Origin: an uncultured Actinomycetes bacterium
Lineage (GTDB): Bacteria; Actinomycetota; Thermoleophilia; RBG-16-64-13
DNA: 64,000 nucleotides
NCBI GenBank assembly: GCA_963713545.1
Contig: CAVQME010000001.1
Coordinates: forward strand, 130,809-194,808
Reading direction: 5' to 3'
Notes under the pieces: model-generated
The model's database searches: none
Told to the model about the DNA's origin: nothing
Seen by the model: only the letters and a program-made list of their open reading frames with translations
Shown here: in pieces, positions 1-10,018 of the stretch
Position numbering within the stretch: position 1 is the first letter of the stretch
Layout: every line of letters starts with the position of its first letter
Position numbers and translations under genes: made by a program

Positions 1-426
1 CGATACCACCTCGTCGTTCGTCAAAAAGTACCGGTACGTGCGGCTCACAACATCCTTCCGCGCATCGAACCGCGCGTGTGCGCGGACGATGCGCGTGACA
101 GCGATACCCGGCGGTGTGAGAGCATTGAGAGAACGGATCAATCGCGCCGGCTCGATGCCGGCCGGCAGAAGAAGGCTCACCACCTGCCGGCGAGCGTGCA
201 CCCCGGCGTCGGTCCGGCCGGCCACCTGCAGCCCTGGGGCGGCGCCCAGCACGGTCGCGAGGGCAGCCTTCAGGCATCCTTCCACGGTGGGCAACCCCCC
301 CTGCCGCGCCCACCCGTGGAGCCTGGTGCCATCGTACTGCAGCTCCATGCGGTAGTTACGATCCACTCCAGCCCCCGTTCGCCGGTCCCTCGTTTGCCTG
401 ACCCCCGTCGGTCTAGCCCTCATCTG
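1..426 (-). CDS. truA: tRNA pseudouridine(38-40) synthase TruA, partial. The 3' end runs off the window edge and the start is uncertain (ATG near 426, or ATG/GTG near 349-366).
   Basis: Minus-strand translation gives ...RNYRMELQYDGTRLHGWARQ...VAGRTDAGVHARRQVVS..., with the catalytic GRTDAGVHA motif. It has the canonical position downstream of rplQ. It is absent from the ORF track because its stop lies outside the window. Confidence 0.6.
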
Positions 427-570
427 CGCAGCTCCGAACACCCCAGCCCTCTTGGATCGCCGAGGCAAAGCGTTCGCCCAATAAGCCGGATGCCGGGGCC
501 CGTCGGGCCCCGGCATCCGCATCTGCCGTCGATCTAGTTCCGCCTCGCCGTCACCCCGGCGCCGCCCTCG

Positions 571-921
571 CTACACGAGCTCCAGGTACACCATCTCGGC
601 GGCGTCACCCAAGCGGGGCCCGATGTGGACGATCCGGGTATACCCCCCCGGGCGATCCACGTACTTGGGCGCGATCTCGTTAAAGAGCTTGTAAGAGATC
701 TGCTTATTGCGTAGCTGGCTGATCGCCGTACGCCGGGAGTTGAGGTCACCAGCCTTACCCATGGTGATCATCTTCTCCACGATCGGCTTCACCTCTTTGG
801 CTCGCGCCTCCGTCGTCTTGATGCGTCCATGCTCAAGCACAGAGCAGGCAAGATTCGCCAGCATCTGCCGGCGATGGCTCGGCTGGATACCGAACCGCCT
901 TCCTTTCCTCTGGTGCCTCAC
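571..921 (-). CDS. rplQ: 50S ribosomal protein L17
   Basis: 116 aa. The sequence RHQRKGRRFGIQPSHRRQMLANL... is the typical L17 N-terminus. It follows rpoA. Confidence 0.93.
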   Translation of the reverse strand: MRHQRKGRRFGIQPSHRRQMLANLACSVLEHGRIKTTEARAKEVKPIVEKMITMGKAGDLNSRRTAISQLRNKQISYKLFNEIAPKYVDRPGGYTRIVHIGPRLGDAAEMVYLELV

Positions 922-922
922 T

Positions 923-1879
923 CTACTCTCCCTTAAGCTTCAGGTTGTTCTTCTCGAGGCGCTCGCGCACCTCTTCTATCGTCTTGCGGCCAAGATTGGG
1001 GATGCACATGAGCTCCTGCTCAGACTTCGCGATCAGGTCACCCACCGTCTCGATACCCTCGCGCTTGAGGCAGTTGTAGGAGCGCACTCCCAGCTCCAGC
1101 TCCTCGATGGGAGTGTCGTCCACGCCCGAGGGGCGGCCCAAAAGGACTTCTGTCTGCCCGGCCCCGGACTCAGGGCCGAACTCGTCCTCATCCTCGCTCC
1201 CATCCTCCAGGAAGATCGAGAGGTCGTCGCGCAACAGAGCCGCCGCCTTGGCCAGCGCGGCTCGCGGCTCGATGGCGCCGTTGGTCTGCACCTCGAGGGT
1301 CAGCTTGTCAAAATCGGTCCGCTGGCCCACTCGCGCCGGCTCCACGCTGTAGGCCACTTTTGTGACCGGGGAAAAGATCGAGTCCACCGGGATGACTCCC
1401 AAGATGGTCTCGGCCGGCTTGTTGTCGTCGGCCGACACGTAGCCCCGACCCCGGCGGACGGTCAACCGCATCTCGAGCCGGCCCCCGTCCTCGAGGGTGC
1501 CGATGTACGCAAGCGGGTCCACGACCTCGACGGTGGCAGGAAGCTGAATGTCGCCTGCTGTGACGATCCCCGGGCCGTCCTTGACCAGCTCGACCTCATG
1601 CTCGTCGTCCTCGCCGTGGAGCACGAAGACTATCTTCTTGAGGTTGAGGATGATGTCGGTCACGTCTTCCTTGACGTGAGGCACGGTAGAGAACTCGTGT
1701 TCTACCCCGGTGACCTTGACCGCCGAAATGGCGGCACCTTCCAGCGAGGAGAGCAAGACCCGGCGCAGAGAGTTTCCGAAGGTGTACCCGAAACCACGGG
1801 CCAGCGGCTCTACGACGAAGCGGCCTTGATTCTCACCGACTGGTTCGTAGGCGCTGTGCGGGGTGGCAAAATCTAACAA
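923..1879 (-). CDS. rpoA: DNA-directed RNA polymerase subunit alpha
   Basis: 318 aa. N-terminal domain motifs (GNSLRRVLLSS) and the alphaCTD (LSVRSYNCLKREGIETVGDLI...IPNLGRKTIEEV) are present. It sits in the alpha-operon context. Confidence 0.95.
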   Translation of the reverse strand: MLDFATPHSAYEPVGENQGRFVVEPLARGFGYTFGNSLRRVLLSSLEGAAISAVKVTGVEHEFSTVPHVKEDVTDIILNLKKIVFVLHGEDDEHEVELVKDGPGIVTAGDIQLPATVEVVDPLAYIGTLEDGGRLEMRLTVRRGRGYVSADDNKPAETILGVIPVDSIFSPVTKVAYSVEPARVGQRTDFDKLTLEVQTNGAIEPRAALAKAAALLRDDLSIFLEDGSEDEDEFGPESGAGQTEVLLGRPSGVDDTPIEELELGVRSYNCLKREGIETVGDLIAKSEQELMCIPNLGRKTIEEVRERLEKNNLKLKGE

Positions 1880-1892
1880 TCCGGCCTCCTAT

Positions 1893-2519
1893 CTACTTGG
1901 AGTACAGCTCGACGATGAGCGACTCCTGGATGGGGATGTCGATATCCGCCCTATCGGGCTGACGAAGGACCTTGCCCACCATGTTGTCGTGGTCGGCCTG
2001 CAGCCACGCAGGCACAGAGGCCGTGAGGTCGGTGGCATCCTCGACGACGGTCTTAAGACCCTCGCTGTCGAGCACCGCGGCGATGATATCGTCGGTCTTG
2101 ACCTTGTACGACGGGATGTTGACCCGGCGTCCATTGACCGTGAAATGGCCGTGCCGGATGAGTTGTCTCGCCTGCCGGCGGGACGCGCCGAAGCCCAGAC
2201 GATAGACGACGTTGTCCAGGCGCAGCTCGAGCAGGCGCAGCAGGTTCTCGCCGGTGATACCCGACTGCCTGGCGGCCACCTCATAGTAGTTGCGGAACTG
2301 CCCTTCGAGCACCCCGTAGTAGCGGCGAGCCTTCTGCTTCTCACGTAGCTGGGTGAGGTACTCGGACTGCTTGCGCCGCCGTCCCCGGCCGTGTTCGCCC
2401 GGAGGATACGCCCGCCGATCGACGCCGCACTTGTCGGTGAGACACCGCTCACCTTTCAGGAAGAGCTTCTCGCCTTCACGACGGCACTGCTTGCACTGGG
2501 GGGATCTGTCTCTTGCCAT
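1893..2519 (-). CDS. rpsD: 30S ribosomal protein S4
   Basis: 208 aa. It begins [26 protein letters not shown]..., including the zinc-finger-like N-terminus. Confidence 0.95.
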   Translation of the reverse strand: MARDRSPQCKQCRREGEKLFLKGERCLTDKCGVDRRAYPPGEHGRGRRRKQSEYLTQLREKQKARRYYGVLEGQFRNYYEVAARQSGITGENLLRLLELRLDNVVYRLGFGASRRQARQLIRHGHFTVNGRRVNIPSYKVKTDDIIAAVLDSEGLKTVVEDATDLTASVPAWLQADHDNMVGKVLRQPDRADIDIPIQESLIVELYSK

Positions 2520-2534
2520 GATCGCCGCCCCGCC

Positions 2535-2942
2535 CTAGACCCGGCGCCGCTTCTTGGGGCGGCAACCGTTGTGGGGGATAGGAGTCACGTCCTTGACGCT
2601 GGTCACGTCGAGCCCGGCGGCCTGAAGCGAGCGGATGGCGGTCTCGCGGCCACTACCCGGTCCCTTCACGTAGCAGTCCACTTTCTGCAAGCCGTGCTCC
2701 ATAGCGGCCCGCGCGGCTCGCTCCGCCGTCACCTGCGCAGCGAACGGAGTCGACTTGCGCGAACCTTTGAACCCGGCCGAGCCGGCGCTTGCCCAAGCGA
2801 TCACGTTGCCCTCTTTGTCGGTGAGGGTCACAAGAGTGTTGTTGAACGACGTCTTGATGTAAGCGTTGCCCACCGCGATGCTCTTGCGCACCTTGCGGCG
2901 CCGTCCCTTCGGACCGGCGGTAGTGCGTTTGGGTTTCGGCAT
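2535..2942 (-). CDS. rpsK: 30S ribosomal protein S11
   Basis: 135 aa. It contains [18 protein letters not shown]...[14 protein letters not shown]. Confidence 0.95.
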   Translation of the reverse strand: MPKPKRTTAGPKGRRRKVRKSIAVGNAYIKTSFNNTLVTLTDKEGNVIAWASAGSAGFKGSRKSTPFAAQVTAERAARAAMEHGLQKVDCYVKGPGSGRETAIRSLQAAGLDVTSVKDVTPIPHNGCRPKKRRRV

Positions 2943-2989
2943 GTCTCCTTAACTCCGTCCCTAGATATCCCTGCGAGGCAGCCGACAGG

Positions 2990-3367
2990 CTAGACCCGCA
3001 CCTTCTTCTTGACGCCCACTGTCGGCTTGTGCCCTTTGCGCACCCGGGCGTTCGTCTTGGTGCGCTGGCCACGGACGGGCATGCCCCGCCGGTGTCTGAT
3101 GCCCCGGTAGCAGCCGATCTCCATCAGTCGCTTGATGTTCTGGCCGCGCTCACGCCGCAGGTCGCCCTCGACCAGGACGTTGTCCTCGATGTAGCTACGC
3201 AGCCGGATCTCCTCGTCTTCGGTAAGGTCCTTGACGTGCGTGTCTGGATCGATCTTGACAGCGGAGAGGATCCTGTTGGACATTGATCGGCCGATCCCAT
3301 AGACATACGTGAGACCGATCTCGATCCGTTTCTCCCGGGGGAGAGTGACACCAGCGATACGAGCCAT
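2990..3367 (-). CDS. rpsM: 30S ribosomal protein S13
   Basis: 125 aa. It begins [26 protein letters not shown]. Confidence 0.95.
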   Translation of the reverse strand: MARIAGVTLPREKRIEIGLTYVYGIGRSMSNRILSAVKIDPDTHVKDLTEDEEIRLRSYIEDNVLVEGDLRRERGQNIKRLMEIGCYRGIRHRRGMPVRGQRTKTNARVRKGHKPTVGVKKKVRV

Positions 3368-3446
3368 ACGCTACTCCTGCCTCAATAGGCTGCTGAATGA
3401 TGAAGTTGCGCCGTCAGGGCGCGATCGGCGAGCGCGAAAGTAGGAG

Positions 3447-3522
3447 GCAGGGAGCGTCCGTAGCAGCGCTACGGGCGTGACCGAGGACGAACTATCGCGC
3501 CGCCCAGTGCGTACTGATGGCC
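3447..3522 (+). repeat. ~77-nt structured repeat element, copy A (rpsM-rpmJ spacer; plus-strand sense, antisense to the operon)
   Basis: ggcagggagcgtCCGTAGCagcGCTACGGgcgtgaccgaggacgaactatcgcgccgcccagtgcgtactgatggcc. It is ~85% identical to the reverse complement of 13927..14004. Confidence 0.6.
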
Positions 3523-3546
3523 GTGGCTTCATTGTTCGGCAGCCTC

Positions 3547-3660
3547 CTAACCTTGCCGCTGCTTGTGGCGCGGGTTCTGGCAGATCACCAGGACCACGCC
3601 CCGCCGCCGCACTATCTTGCACTTCTCGCACATCGGTTTGACCGACGCTCTGACTTTCAT
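3547..3660 (-). CDS. rpmJ: 50S ribosomal protein L36 (zinc-binding type)
   Basis: Not in the ORF track. Manual translation of the minus strand gives [37 protein letters not shown] (37 aa). It lies between infA and rpsM as expected. Confidence 0.85.
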   Translation of the reverse strand: MKVRASVKPMCEKCKIVRRRGVVLVICQNPRHKQRQG

Positions 3661-3673
3661 CTGACGCCTTCCT

Positions 3674-3892
3674 CTACTTGAAGCGATACGTGATACGACC
3701 ACGGGTCAGATCGTAGGGCGACAACTCGACCTTGACTCTGTCACCGGGCAGGATGCGGATGTAGTTCATACGCATCTTGCCGGATATGTGCGCCAGGATC
3801 TCCAGCTCGTTGTCCAGCCTGACCTTGAACATGGTGTTGGGCAGGGCTTCGATCACCTCGCCCTCGAGCTCTATGGCTTCTTCTTTAGGCAC
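3674..3892 (-). CDS. infA: translation initiation factor IF-1
   Basis: 72 aa S1-like OB fold. It contains [20 protein letters not shown]...[22 protein letters not shown]. Confidence 0.95.
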   Translation of the reverse strand: MPKEEAIELEGEVIEALPNTMFKVRLDNELEILAHISGKMRMNYIRILPGDRVKVELSPYDLTRGRITYRFK

Positions 3893-3957
3893 AGCTCGCC
3901 ACCTGGCTACCCCCGCCTGAAAGTCGGCCGCTTATCTTAGCACAAGGGCCCATCAGG

Positions 3958-4719
3958 CTAAGCTCCCACTACTTCAGCCGTGGTAAGGATGCGAGGTCCG
4001 CCGCGGGTGATGGCCACCGTGTGCTCGAAATGAGCGGAAAGACTGCCGTCCTTCGTGTAGATGGCCCAGTTGTCGTCACCTATCTCCACCTCGAATCCAC
4101 CCACGTTCACCATGGGCTCGATTGCCAGGACCATGCCGTCCCGCAATTCGGGACCCTGCTCCGGCGGACCGAAGTTGGGCACCTGCGGATCTTCGTGCAT
4201 GTCGCGGCCCACGCCGTGACCCACCATGCTCCGCACTACCGAGAGCCCATGCGCCTCAGCGTGCTTCTGCACGGCATGAGAGATATCACCCACCCGGTTG
4301 CCCACCCGGCACTGGGCGATCCCCTCGTGCAGCGATTCCTCGGTGACCTGCAGCAGCTCGCGGGCGATATCGGAGATCTCGCCCACCGCGAAGGTCCGCG
4401 CGCCGTCGGCGATGTAGCCGTCCATCGTCACGCCTACGTCCACCCCGAGGATGTCGCCTTCCCGTAGCCGGGTGCCGTCGGGGATGCCGTGGACCACCAT
4501 GTCGTTGGGCGACGTGCAGATGGACCCCGGGAAACCCCGGTAGCCTTTGAAGGTAGGGACACCGCCTCTCGCGCGTATGAACTTCTCAGCCAAACGATCC
4601 AACTCCCTCGTCGTTACACCCGGCCTGATCTCCCGGGCCAGAAGGTCCAAGCACCCCTGGACCACCTTGCCCGCCCGGGCCATCTTCTCCAACTCGGCCT
4701 GCGACTTTCGTATGATCAC
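3958..4719 (-). CDS. map: type I methionine aminopeptidase
   Basis: 253 aa. It carries the metal-ligand motifs (DVGV..DGYIAD; HGVGR; EPM). It sits in the spc-operon tail. Confidence 0.92.
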   Translation of the reverse strand: MIIRKSQAELEKMARAGKVVQGCLDLLAREIRPGVTTRELDRLAEKFIRARGGVPTFKGYRGFPGSICTSPNDMVVHGIPDGTRLREGDILGVDVGVTMDGYIADGARTFAVGEISDIARELLQVTEESLHEGIAQCRVGNRVGDISHAVQKHAEAHGLSVVRSMVGHGVGRDMHEDPQVPNFGPPEQGPELRDGMVLAIEPMVNVGGFEVEIGDDNWAIYTKDGSLSAHFEHTVAITRGGPRILTTAEVVGA

Positions 4720-4765
4720 AGTGTCGTCGCCGTCTTCGTTGTCCTGTCTTCCCAGCTCTCCCGGC

Positions 4766-5428
4766 CTATTCCTCGGCCGGACCGAGAGCTGCGCGTATGT
4801 CTTCGTAGACCTTCTCCGGTGACTGGGCGCCGTCGACGCGGGTCACCAGCCCGGCCTGATCGTAGTAGTCGATGAGCGGCTCGGTCTGGTTGCGGTACAC
4901 CTCGAGCCGATTGCGCACGGTGGCTTCAGAGTCGTCATCACGCTGATAGAGCTCTCCGCCACACTTGTCGCACACGCCCTCCTTCTTGGGCGGGTTGAAC
5001 ACCACGTGGAAAGGAGCCTGACAGACCCGGCAGATGCGGCGCCCGCTGAGGCGGCGCACCAACTCCTCTTCGTCCACAAGGACGACGACGGTCTTCGTCA
5101 CTGCCCGGCCCAGGCCGTCCAGGGCGGCGTCCAGCGCCTCCGCCTGCGGGATGGTCCGGGGGAAGCCGTCCATCAGGAAGCCCTTGGCGGTGTCCGACTC
5201 CTGCAAGCGATCCTTCACTATGCCGATCACCACGCTGTCGGGTACCAGCTCGCCGGCGTCCATGTATTTCTTGGCTTCCAGACCCATCTGCGTCTGGTTC
5301 TTGACTGCCCCGCGCAGGATGTCGCCGGTGGATACGTGAGGAATGCCGTATTCCTCCACGATGCGTCCGGCCTGGGTCCCTTTGCCCGCGCCGGGCGGTC
5401 CGAGCAGAATGAGATTGAACTGGCTCAC
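4766..5428 (-). CDS. adk: adenylate kinase (Cys4 zinc-lid type)
   Basis: 220 aa. It has the P-loop GPPGAGKGTQ and the lid CRVCQ...CDKCGG. Confidence 0.93.
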   Translation of the reverse strand: MSQFNLILLGPPGAGKGTQAGRIVEEYGIPHVSTGDILRGAVKNQTQMGLEAKKYMDAGELVPDSVVIGIVKDRLQESDTAKGFLMDGFPRTIPQAEALDAALDGLGRAVTKTVVVLVDEEELVRRLSGRRICRVCQAPFHVVFNPPKKEGVCDKCGGELYQRDDDSEATVRNRLEVYRNQTEPLIDYYDQAGLVTRVDGAQSPEKVYEDIRAALGPAEE

Positions 5429-5460
5429 GCTCTTATCCCTTCTTTTCGTCTACCACGACA

Positions 5461-6711
5461 CTACTTGAGGAAGCCTTCGTAGTGCCGCATCAACAGCTGT
5501 GATTCCATCTGCTTCATCGTGTCGAGCGCGACCCCTACGACGATCAGGAGAGACGTCCCCCCGAAGTAAAAGGGTATTCCCAAGAGCTTGATGAGCAGGG
5601 TAGGCAGCAGCACTATGGCCGCCAGGAACAGCGCACCCGGGAAGGTGATGCGCGTCAGCACTCTGTCGAGATAGACGGCAGTGGGGCGCCCGGGGCGGAT
5701 GCCGGGGATGAATCCCCCGTATTTCTTGAGATTGTCGGCCTGGTCGATGGGGTTGAACTGCACGGCCGTATAGAAGTAGGTGAACAGGATGATCAAGATG
5801 ACCTCGGCCACCAGATACCACCAGGAGCTCGGCCCGAAGATATCGCCCAGCCTCTTGGCCCAGGTCCAGGGAGTCATCTGCGCCAGGGTGACAGGGAACA
5901 GGAGCACCGAAGACGCGAAGATCACCGGGATGACCCCGGCCATGTTGATCCGCAGGGGAAGGTAAGTGCTCTGCCCGCCGTAGACCTTGCGGCCCACCAC
6001 CCGCTTCGCGTACTGCACGGGGATACGCCGCTGGCCCTCGGTCACGTAGATGATGAAGATGATCACGAGCACGGAGATGATGCCCATGAGTACCCAGTAA
6101 CCGGGATTAAGGGTGAAGAGCTTCTGGATACCGCTCGGGAGCCGCGACACGATGCTCGCAAAGATCATGAGAGAGATGCCGTTCCCGATGCCCCGCTGAG
6201 TGATGAGCTCGCCCATCCACATGACCAGCGCAGTGCCGACCGTCAGAGTGAGCACTATCAGGTAGAAGCTGAGCGGTGTGAGCGGCGCGTCCGGGGGGAA
6301 GGCGCCATAGCTCCGGAAGAGAAACACGAAGCCTATGGCCTGGATCAGCGCCAGGATCACGGTGAAATAGCGGGTGTATTGGTTGACCTTCTTCTGCCCC
6401 GCTTCCCCTTCCTTCATGAGGGCTTCCAACTTGGGGATCACCATGGTGAGCAGCTGCATGATGATCGACGCCGTGATATAGGGCATGATGCCCATGGCGA
6501 AGACAGCCACGTTCTGCAGGCCGCCGCCTGCAAAAAGATTGTAGAAGTCGAACACACCCCCGGTGTTGAACATCCCCTCGATGGCGTCCACGTCGACGCC
6601 CGGCACCGGGATGTAGCAGCCCAGGCGGTAGATCGCGATGATCATCGCCGTGAAGAGCAGTTTCTTCCGAAGATCCGGCAGCCTCCAGGCGTTGAGCAGG
6701 GACTGAAGCAT
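5461..6711 (-). CDS. secY: preprotein translocase subunit SecY
   Basis: 416 aa polytopic membrane protein with SecY signature regions. Confidence 0.93.
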   Translation of the reverse strand: MLQSLLNAWRLPDLRKKLLFTAMIIAIYRLGCYIPVPGVDVDAIEGMFNTGGVFDFYNLFAGGGLQNVAVFAMGIMPYITASIIMQLLTMVIPKLEALMKEGEAGQKKVNQYTRYFTVILALIQAIGFVFLFRSYGAFPPDAPLTPLSFYLIVLTLTVGTALVMWMGELITQRGIGNGISLMIFASIVSRLPSGIQKLFTLNPGYWVLMGIISVLVIIFIIYVTEGQRRIPVQYAKRVVGRKVYGGQSTYLPLRINMAGVIPVIFASSVLLFPVTLAQMTPWTWAKRLGDIFGPSSWWYLVAEVILIILFTYFYTAVQFNPIDQADNLKKYGGFIPGIRPGRPTAVYLDRVLTRITFPGALFLAAIVLLPTLLIKLLGIPFYFGGTSLLIVVGVALDTMKQMESQLLMRHYEGFLK

Positions 6712-7184
6712 CAGATAACTTCCGCCGTCCCGCCGGCGGCCTCGATCTTAGCGAGCGCAGCCGCGCTGAATCCGTGAGCCTTGATCGTGAGGGGCTGAGC
6801 CAGTTCGCCCATGGCCAGGATCTTGACCCGGGCGTCGGCCTTCTTGATGATGCCCCGCTCCAGCAGCGCTTCGGGCGACACGACGTCGCCCTCGGCGAAC
6901 ACCGAGAGCCGCGACAGATTGACAGGCGTCATGTAAGTGCGAAATGGCCCGATGGGCATGGAGGTCTTGGCCAGCGGGCCCCGCAGTTTGGGCAACCTCA
7001 TGTGCAGAGGCATCTGACCGCCCTCGTACCGGGGCGATATCCGTCCCCCGGAACGCTGCTTCGAACCTTTGTGGCCCCGGCCCGAGGTCTTACCCACGCC
7101 GGAGCCCTCGCCCCGGCCCACGCGCTTCTTGTCACGCCGGGCGCCAGGGTCGGGCCGCAGATTGTGCAGGAAGATGTCTCCCAT
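6711..7184 (-). CDS. rplO: 50S ribosomal protein L15
   Basis: 157 aa. It contains KRVGRGEGSGVGKTSGRGHKG. Confidence 0.93.
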   Translation of the reverse strand: MGDIFLHNLRPDPGARRDKKRVGRGEGSGVGKTSGRGHKGSKQRSGGRISPRYEGGQMPLHMRLPKLRGPLAKTSMPIGPFRTYMTPVNLSRLSVFAEGDVVSPEALLERGIIKKADARVKILAMGELAQPLTIKAHGFSAAALAKIEAAGGTAEVI

Positions 7185-7186
7185 CT

Positions 7187-7378
7187 CTATCCTTTGTCCT
7201 TGATGTCGACCACGTCCACCTGGAGCATATACGAGATCTTATGCACCATGCCCCGGATGGCCGGAGTGTCTTCGTGATAGACCGTCTGGTGCATGCGGCT
7301 GATGCCGAGAGCATCCAGCGTGGCCTTGTGATCCTTCTTGCGATTGATGCGGCTCTTAACCTGGGTGATCTTCAGCAT
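7187..7378 (-). CDS. rpmD: 50S ribosomal protein L30
   Basis: 63 aa. It begins [26 protein letters not shown]. Confidence 0.9.
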   Translation of the reverse strand: MLKITQVKSRINRKKDHKATLDALGISRMHQTVYHEDTPAIRGMVHKISYMLQVDVVDIKDKG

Positions 7379-7382
7379 AGGG

Positions 7383-7931
7383 TCACTCTCCGGTCCCGGC
7401 CGCGGCCGGCGCCGGTTCGTCGACCGGGCCCATGCCCAGGATCTCCCGCACGGTCTTGCCGCGCTGCAGGGCGATGTCTTCGGGCCGGCGCAGGGCGCGA
7501 AGCCCCTGCTCGGCGGCCCGCACCATGTTGATGGGGTTCGTGGTGCCCAGGCACTTTGTCAGGACGTCGTGGACCCCACCCAACTCGAGCAGCGCGCGCA
7601 CCCCGCCGCCCGCAATCACTCCCGTCCCCGCAGAAGCCGGTCGCAGTAGCACCCGCCCGGCGCCGTGATGACCCACGATCTCATGGGTGATGGTGCTCCC
7701 GTGCTTGGGCACGACGAACAGGTTCTTGCGTGCGTCTTCTATGGCCTTCTGGATCGCCAGCGGCACCTCTTTGGCCTTGCCGTAGCCGATGCCCACCGTG
7801 CTCTCTCCATCGCCGACCGCGACGAGAGCGGTGAACGAGAAGCGCCGGCCACCCTTGACCACCTTGGCCACGCGGTTGATGTGGATCACGCTCTCCTGAA
7901 GGTTAAGCGAATCTGCCTTGATCTGCGCCAA
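7383..7931 (-). CDS. rpsE: 30S ribosomal protein S5
   Basis: It contains [25 protein letters not shown]. The ORF track extends it to a GTG at 7979, which would overlap rplR by 29 nt. A TTG at 7931 is preceded by GGGAGAGAGAGG and gives an [22 protein letters not shown]-terminus, so 7931 is the preferred start. Confidence 0.88.
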   Translation of the reverse strand: MAQIKADSLNLQESVIHINRVAKVVKGGRRFSFTALVAVGDGESTVGIGYGKAKEVPLAIQKAIEDARKNLFVVPKHGSTITHEIVGHHGAGRVLLRPASAGTGVIAGGGVRALLELGGVHDVLTKCLGTTNPINMVRAAEQGLRALRRPEDIALQRGKTVREILGMGPVDEPAPAAAGTGE

Positions 7932-7950
7932 TGTGCTACCTCTCTCTCCC

Positions 7951-8307
7951 TCAGAAGTCCAGGCCGCCCTCGCGGGCACCGTCCGCCAGAGCTTTTACTC
8001 GACCGTGATACAGGTAAGGTCCCCTATCGAACACCACGCGGCCCACGCCGGCGGCTTTGGCTCGCTCTGCGAGGATCGCCCCGACCTTGGCCGCTTGGTC
8101 TTTCTTCGACAGATCCTTCTCGGTGACGTGTATGCTGCCGGCGCTGGCCAGCGTGCGTCCGGTCCCGTCGTCGATGACCTGAGCCCAGATAGCCCGGTTG
8201 GATCGGAACACGGACAGACGCGGACGATCGGCAGTACCGCGCACCTTGCTCCGCACCCGGGTGGCGCGCCGCGCGCGAGACCGGTTCTTGTCATCCTGAT
8301 AACTCAT
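7951..8307 (-). CDS. rplR: 50S ribosomal protein L18
   Basis: 118 aa. It contains [18 protein letters not shown]. Confidence 0.93.
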   Translation of the reverse strand: MSYQDDKNRSRARRATRVRSKVRGTADRPRLSVFRSNRAIWAQVIDDGTGRTLASAGSIHVTEKDLSKKDQAAKVGAILAERAKAAGVGRVVFDRGPYLYHGRVKALADGAREGGLDF

Positions 8308-8317
8308 CTGATCCTCT

Positions 8318-8851
8318 CTACGCCCGCTTGCCCACTTTGCGCCGCACCACTTCGCCTTCGTAGCGAATGCCCTTGCCTTTGTAGGGCTCGGGCTTGCGGA
8401 GGGCGCGGATCTCGGCCGCTACCTGGCCGACGCGCTGCTTGTCGATGCCCCTGACCACGATCTGCGTAGGAGTGGGCACCTCGAACTCTATGTTCTCCGG
8501 GGGAGGTACCACCACCGGATGAGAGTAGCCGACAAGGACCTCCAGGTCGGAGCCTTTCTTGGAGGCCCTATATCCGACTCCCACGATCTCCAGCTTCTTC
8601 TCGAAGCCCGTGGTCACACCGGTGACCATGTTGGAGAGAAGCGTACGGGTTAGGCCGTGCAGGGAGCGGTTCGGCGCTGTGTCGTCGGGCCGGGCGACGG
8701 ACATGATGCCGTCCTCCAGGGTCACCTGCATGTTGGGGTGGACGTCCCGGCTCAGCTCCCCTTTGGGGCCCTTGACCGCGACGTTGTTCCCGGCGATCGT
8801 GACTTCAACGCCGCCGGGTACTGTTATTGGTGCTCTTCCTATCCTAGACAT
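8318..8851 (-). CDS. rplF: 50S ribosomal protein L6
   Basis: The true start is the internal [15 protein letters not shown]. The longer ORF-track start would overlap rpsH. Confidence 0.92.
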   Translation of the reverse strand: MSRIGRAPITVPGGVEVTIAGNNVAVKGPKGELSRDVHPNMQVTLEDGIMSVARPDDTAPNRSLHGLTRTLLSNMVTGVTTGFEKKLEIVGVGYRASKKGSDLEVLVGYSHPVVVPPPENIEFEVPTPTQIVVRGIDKQRVGQVAAEIRALRKPEPYKGKGIRYEGEVVRRKVGKRA

Positions 8852-8855
8852 ATCG

Positions 8856-9254
8856 TTACCAGACGAAACAGATGACTTCGCCGCCCACACCCTGCCGCTG
8901 CGCCTCCCGTGCGGTCATCAGTCCATGCGAGGTGGAGATGACGGCCGTACCTAGGCCCCCGAGGACCTTGGGGAGGTTGTCTTTCTTGGCGTAGATGCGG
9001 CGGCCCGGCTTGCTGACCCTCTTCACCTGCGAGATGACGCGGCGACGGCCGTCAGTGTACTTGAGCTCGATCACCAGTTTGTCGAAGCTGCCCTCTTTGA
9101 CTACCGAGTAGCCGGTGATGTAGCCCTCTTCCTTCAGGACGCGAGCCAAGTCCACCTTCTGGCTCGAGGAAGGCATCTCGACCGACGCATGGAGCGCCTT
9201 GTTGGCGTTCCGGATGCGGGTAAGCATATCGGCGATGGGATCTGTGTGTGACAT
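8856..9254 (-). CDS. rpsH: 30S ribosomal protein S8
   Basis: 132 aa. It begins [20 protein letters not shown]. Confidence 0.95.
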   Translation of the reverse strand: MSHTDPIADMLTRIRNANKALHASVEMPSSSQKVDLARVLKEEGYITGYSVVKEGSFDKLVIELKYTDGRRRVISQVKRVSKPGRRIYAKKDNLPKVLGGLGTAVISTSHGLMTAREAQRQGVGGEVICFVW

Positions 9255-9262
9255 GACCCCTC

Positions 9263-9448
9263 CTACCAGCTCGACTTGGTGACCCCAGGGATGAGTCCCT
9301 GATGGGCCAGTTCACGCAAACAGATGCGGCACAGGCCGAAGCGGCGCAGGTAGCCGCGCGGCCGGCCGCAGCGGAGACAGCGGCTGTGCGCCCGGACGGC
9401 GTATTTCTGGGGGCGCCGCGCCTTCGCGATCATCGACTTCTTTGCCAT
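9263..9448 (-). CDS. rpsZ: 30S ribosomal protein S14 type Z (zinc-binding, 61 aa)
   Basis: It has the motif [23 protein letters not shown] (Cx2C...Cx2C). Confidence 0.93.
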   Translation of the reverse strand: MAKKSMIAKARRPQKYAVRAHSRCLRCGRPRGYLRRFGLCRICLRELAHQGLIPGVTKSSW

Positions 9449-9467
9449 GCGCTGTTGCTCCTATCCT

Positions 9468-10016
9468 TCAGCTCTCGCGGAAGGGCATGCCCATCAGTTT
9501 GAGGAGCGCCCGTCCCTCGTCGTCGGTCTTGGCCGTGGTGGTGATGGCGATGTCGAGCCCCCGGAGGCGATCGATCTTGTCGTAGTCGATCTCCGGGAAG
9601 ATGATCTGCTCTTTTACGCCCAGGTTATAGTTGCCGTGACCATCGAAGCTCTGGGGTGTGATCCCCCGGAAGTCACGGATGCGGGGCAGGGCCACGCTGA
9701 CGAGTCGATCGAGCATCTCGTACATGCGGTCGCCGCGCAGGGTGACCCGCAGACCTACCGGCATGCCGGTCCGCAACTTGAAGTTGGCCACCGACTTGCG
9801 CGCGCGCCGCACTTGCGGCTTCTGCCCGGTGATCTGCCCGAGCTGAAGCGACGCTTCCTCCATAGCCTTGGCATCGTGGGTGCCCTCGCCTATCCCCATG
9901 TTCAGGGTAACCTTGGTGACCCTGGGCACTTGCATGACGTTCGTGTAGCTGAACTGCTCGCGCATCGCCGGCACGATCTCTGCACGGTATTTCTCTTTGA
10001 GCCTCGGTACTGCCAT
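9468..10016 (-). CDS. rplE: 50S ribosomal protein L5
   Basis: 182 aa. It begins [22 protein letters not shown]. Confidence 0.95.
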   Translation of the reverse strand: MAVPRLKEKYRAEIVPAMREQFSYTNVMQVPRVTKVTLNMGIGEGTHDAKAMEEASLQLGQITGQKPQVRRARKSVANFKLRTGMPVGLRVTLRGDRMYEMLDRLVSVALPRIRDFRGITPQSFDGHGNYNLGVKEQIIFPEIDYDKIDRLRGLDIAITTTAKTDDEGRALLKLMGMPFRES

Positions 10017-10018
10017 CG

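Noticed and set aside
38-537. Plus-strand ORFs 38..355 and 76..537 (105 and 153 aa, Arg/Pro/Ala-rich)
   Set aside because: They lie antisense to the truA coding sequence identified on the minus strand (RTDAGVHA motif). They have typical high-GC spurious-ORF composition and no recognisable domains.
707-1876. 389-aa plus-strand ORF opposite rpoA, and many similar long plus-strand ORFs across 1-32 kb (for example 12107..13024, 16147..17130, 18202..19368, 20627..21643, 26252..27961)
   Set aside because: All are antisense to strongly supported ribosomal, EF or RNAP genes. Long antisense ORFs are expected at ~66% GC because stop codons are AT-rich.
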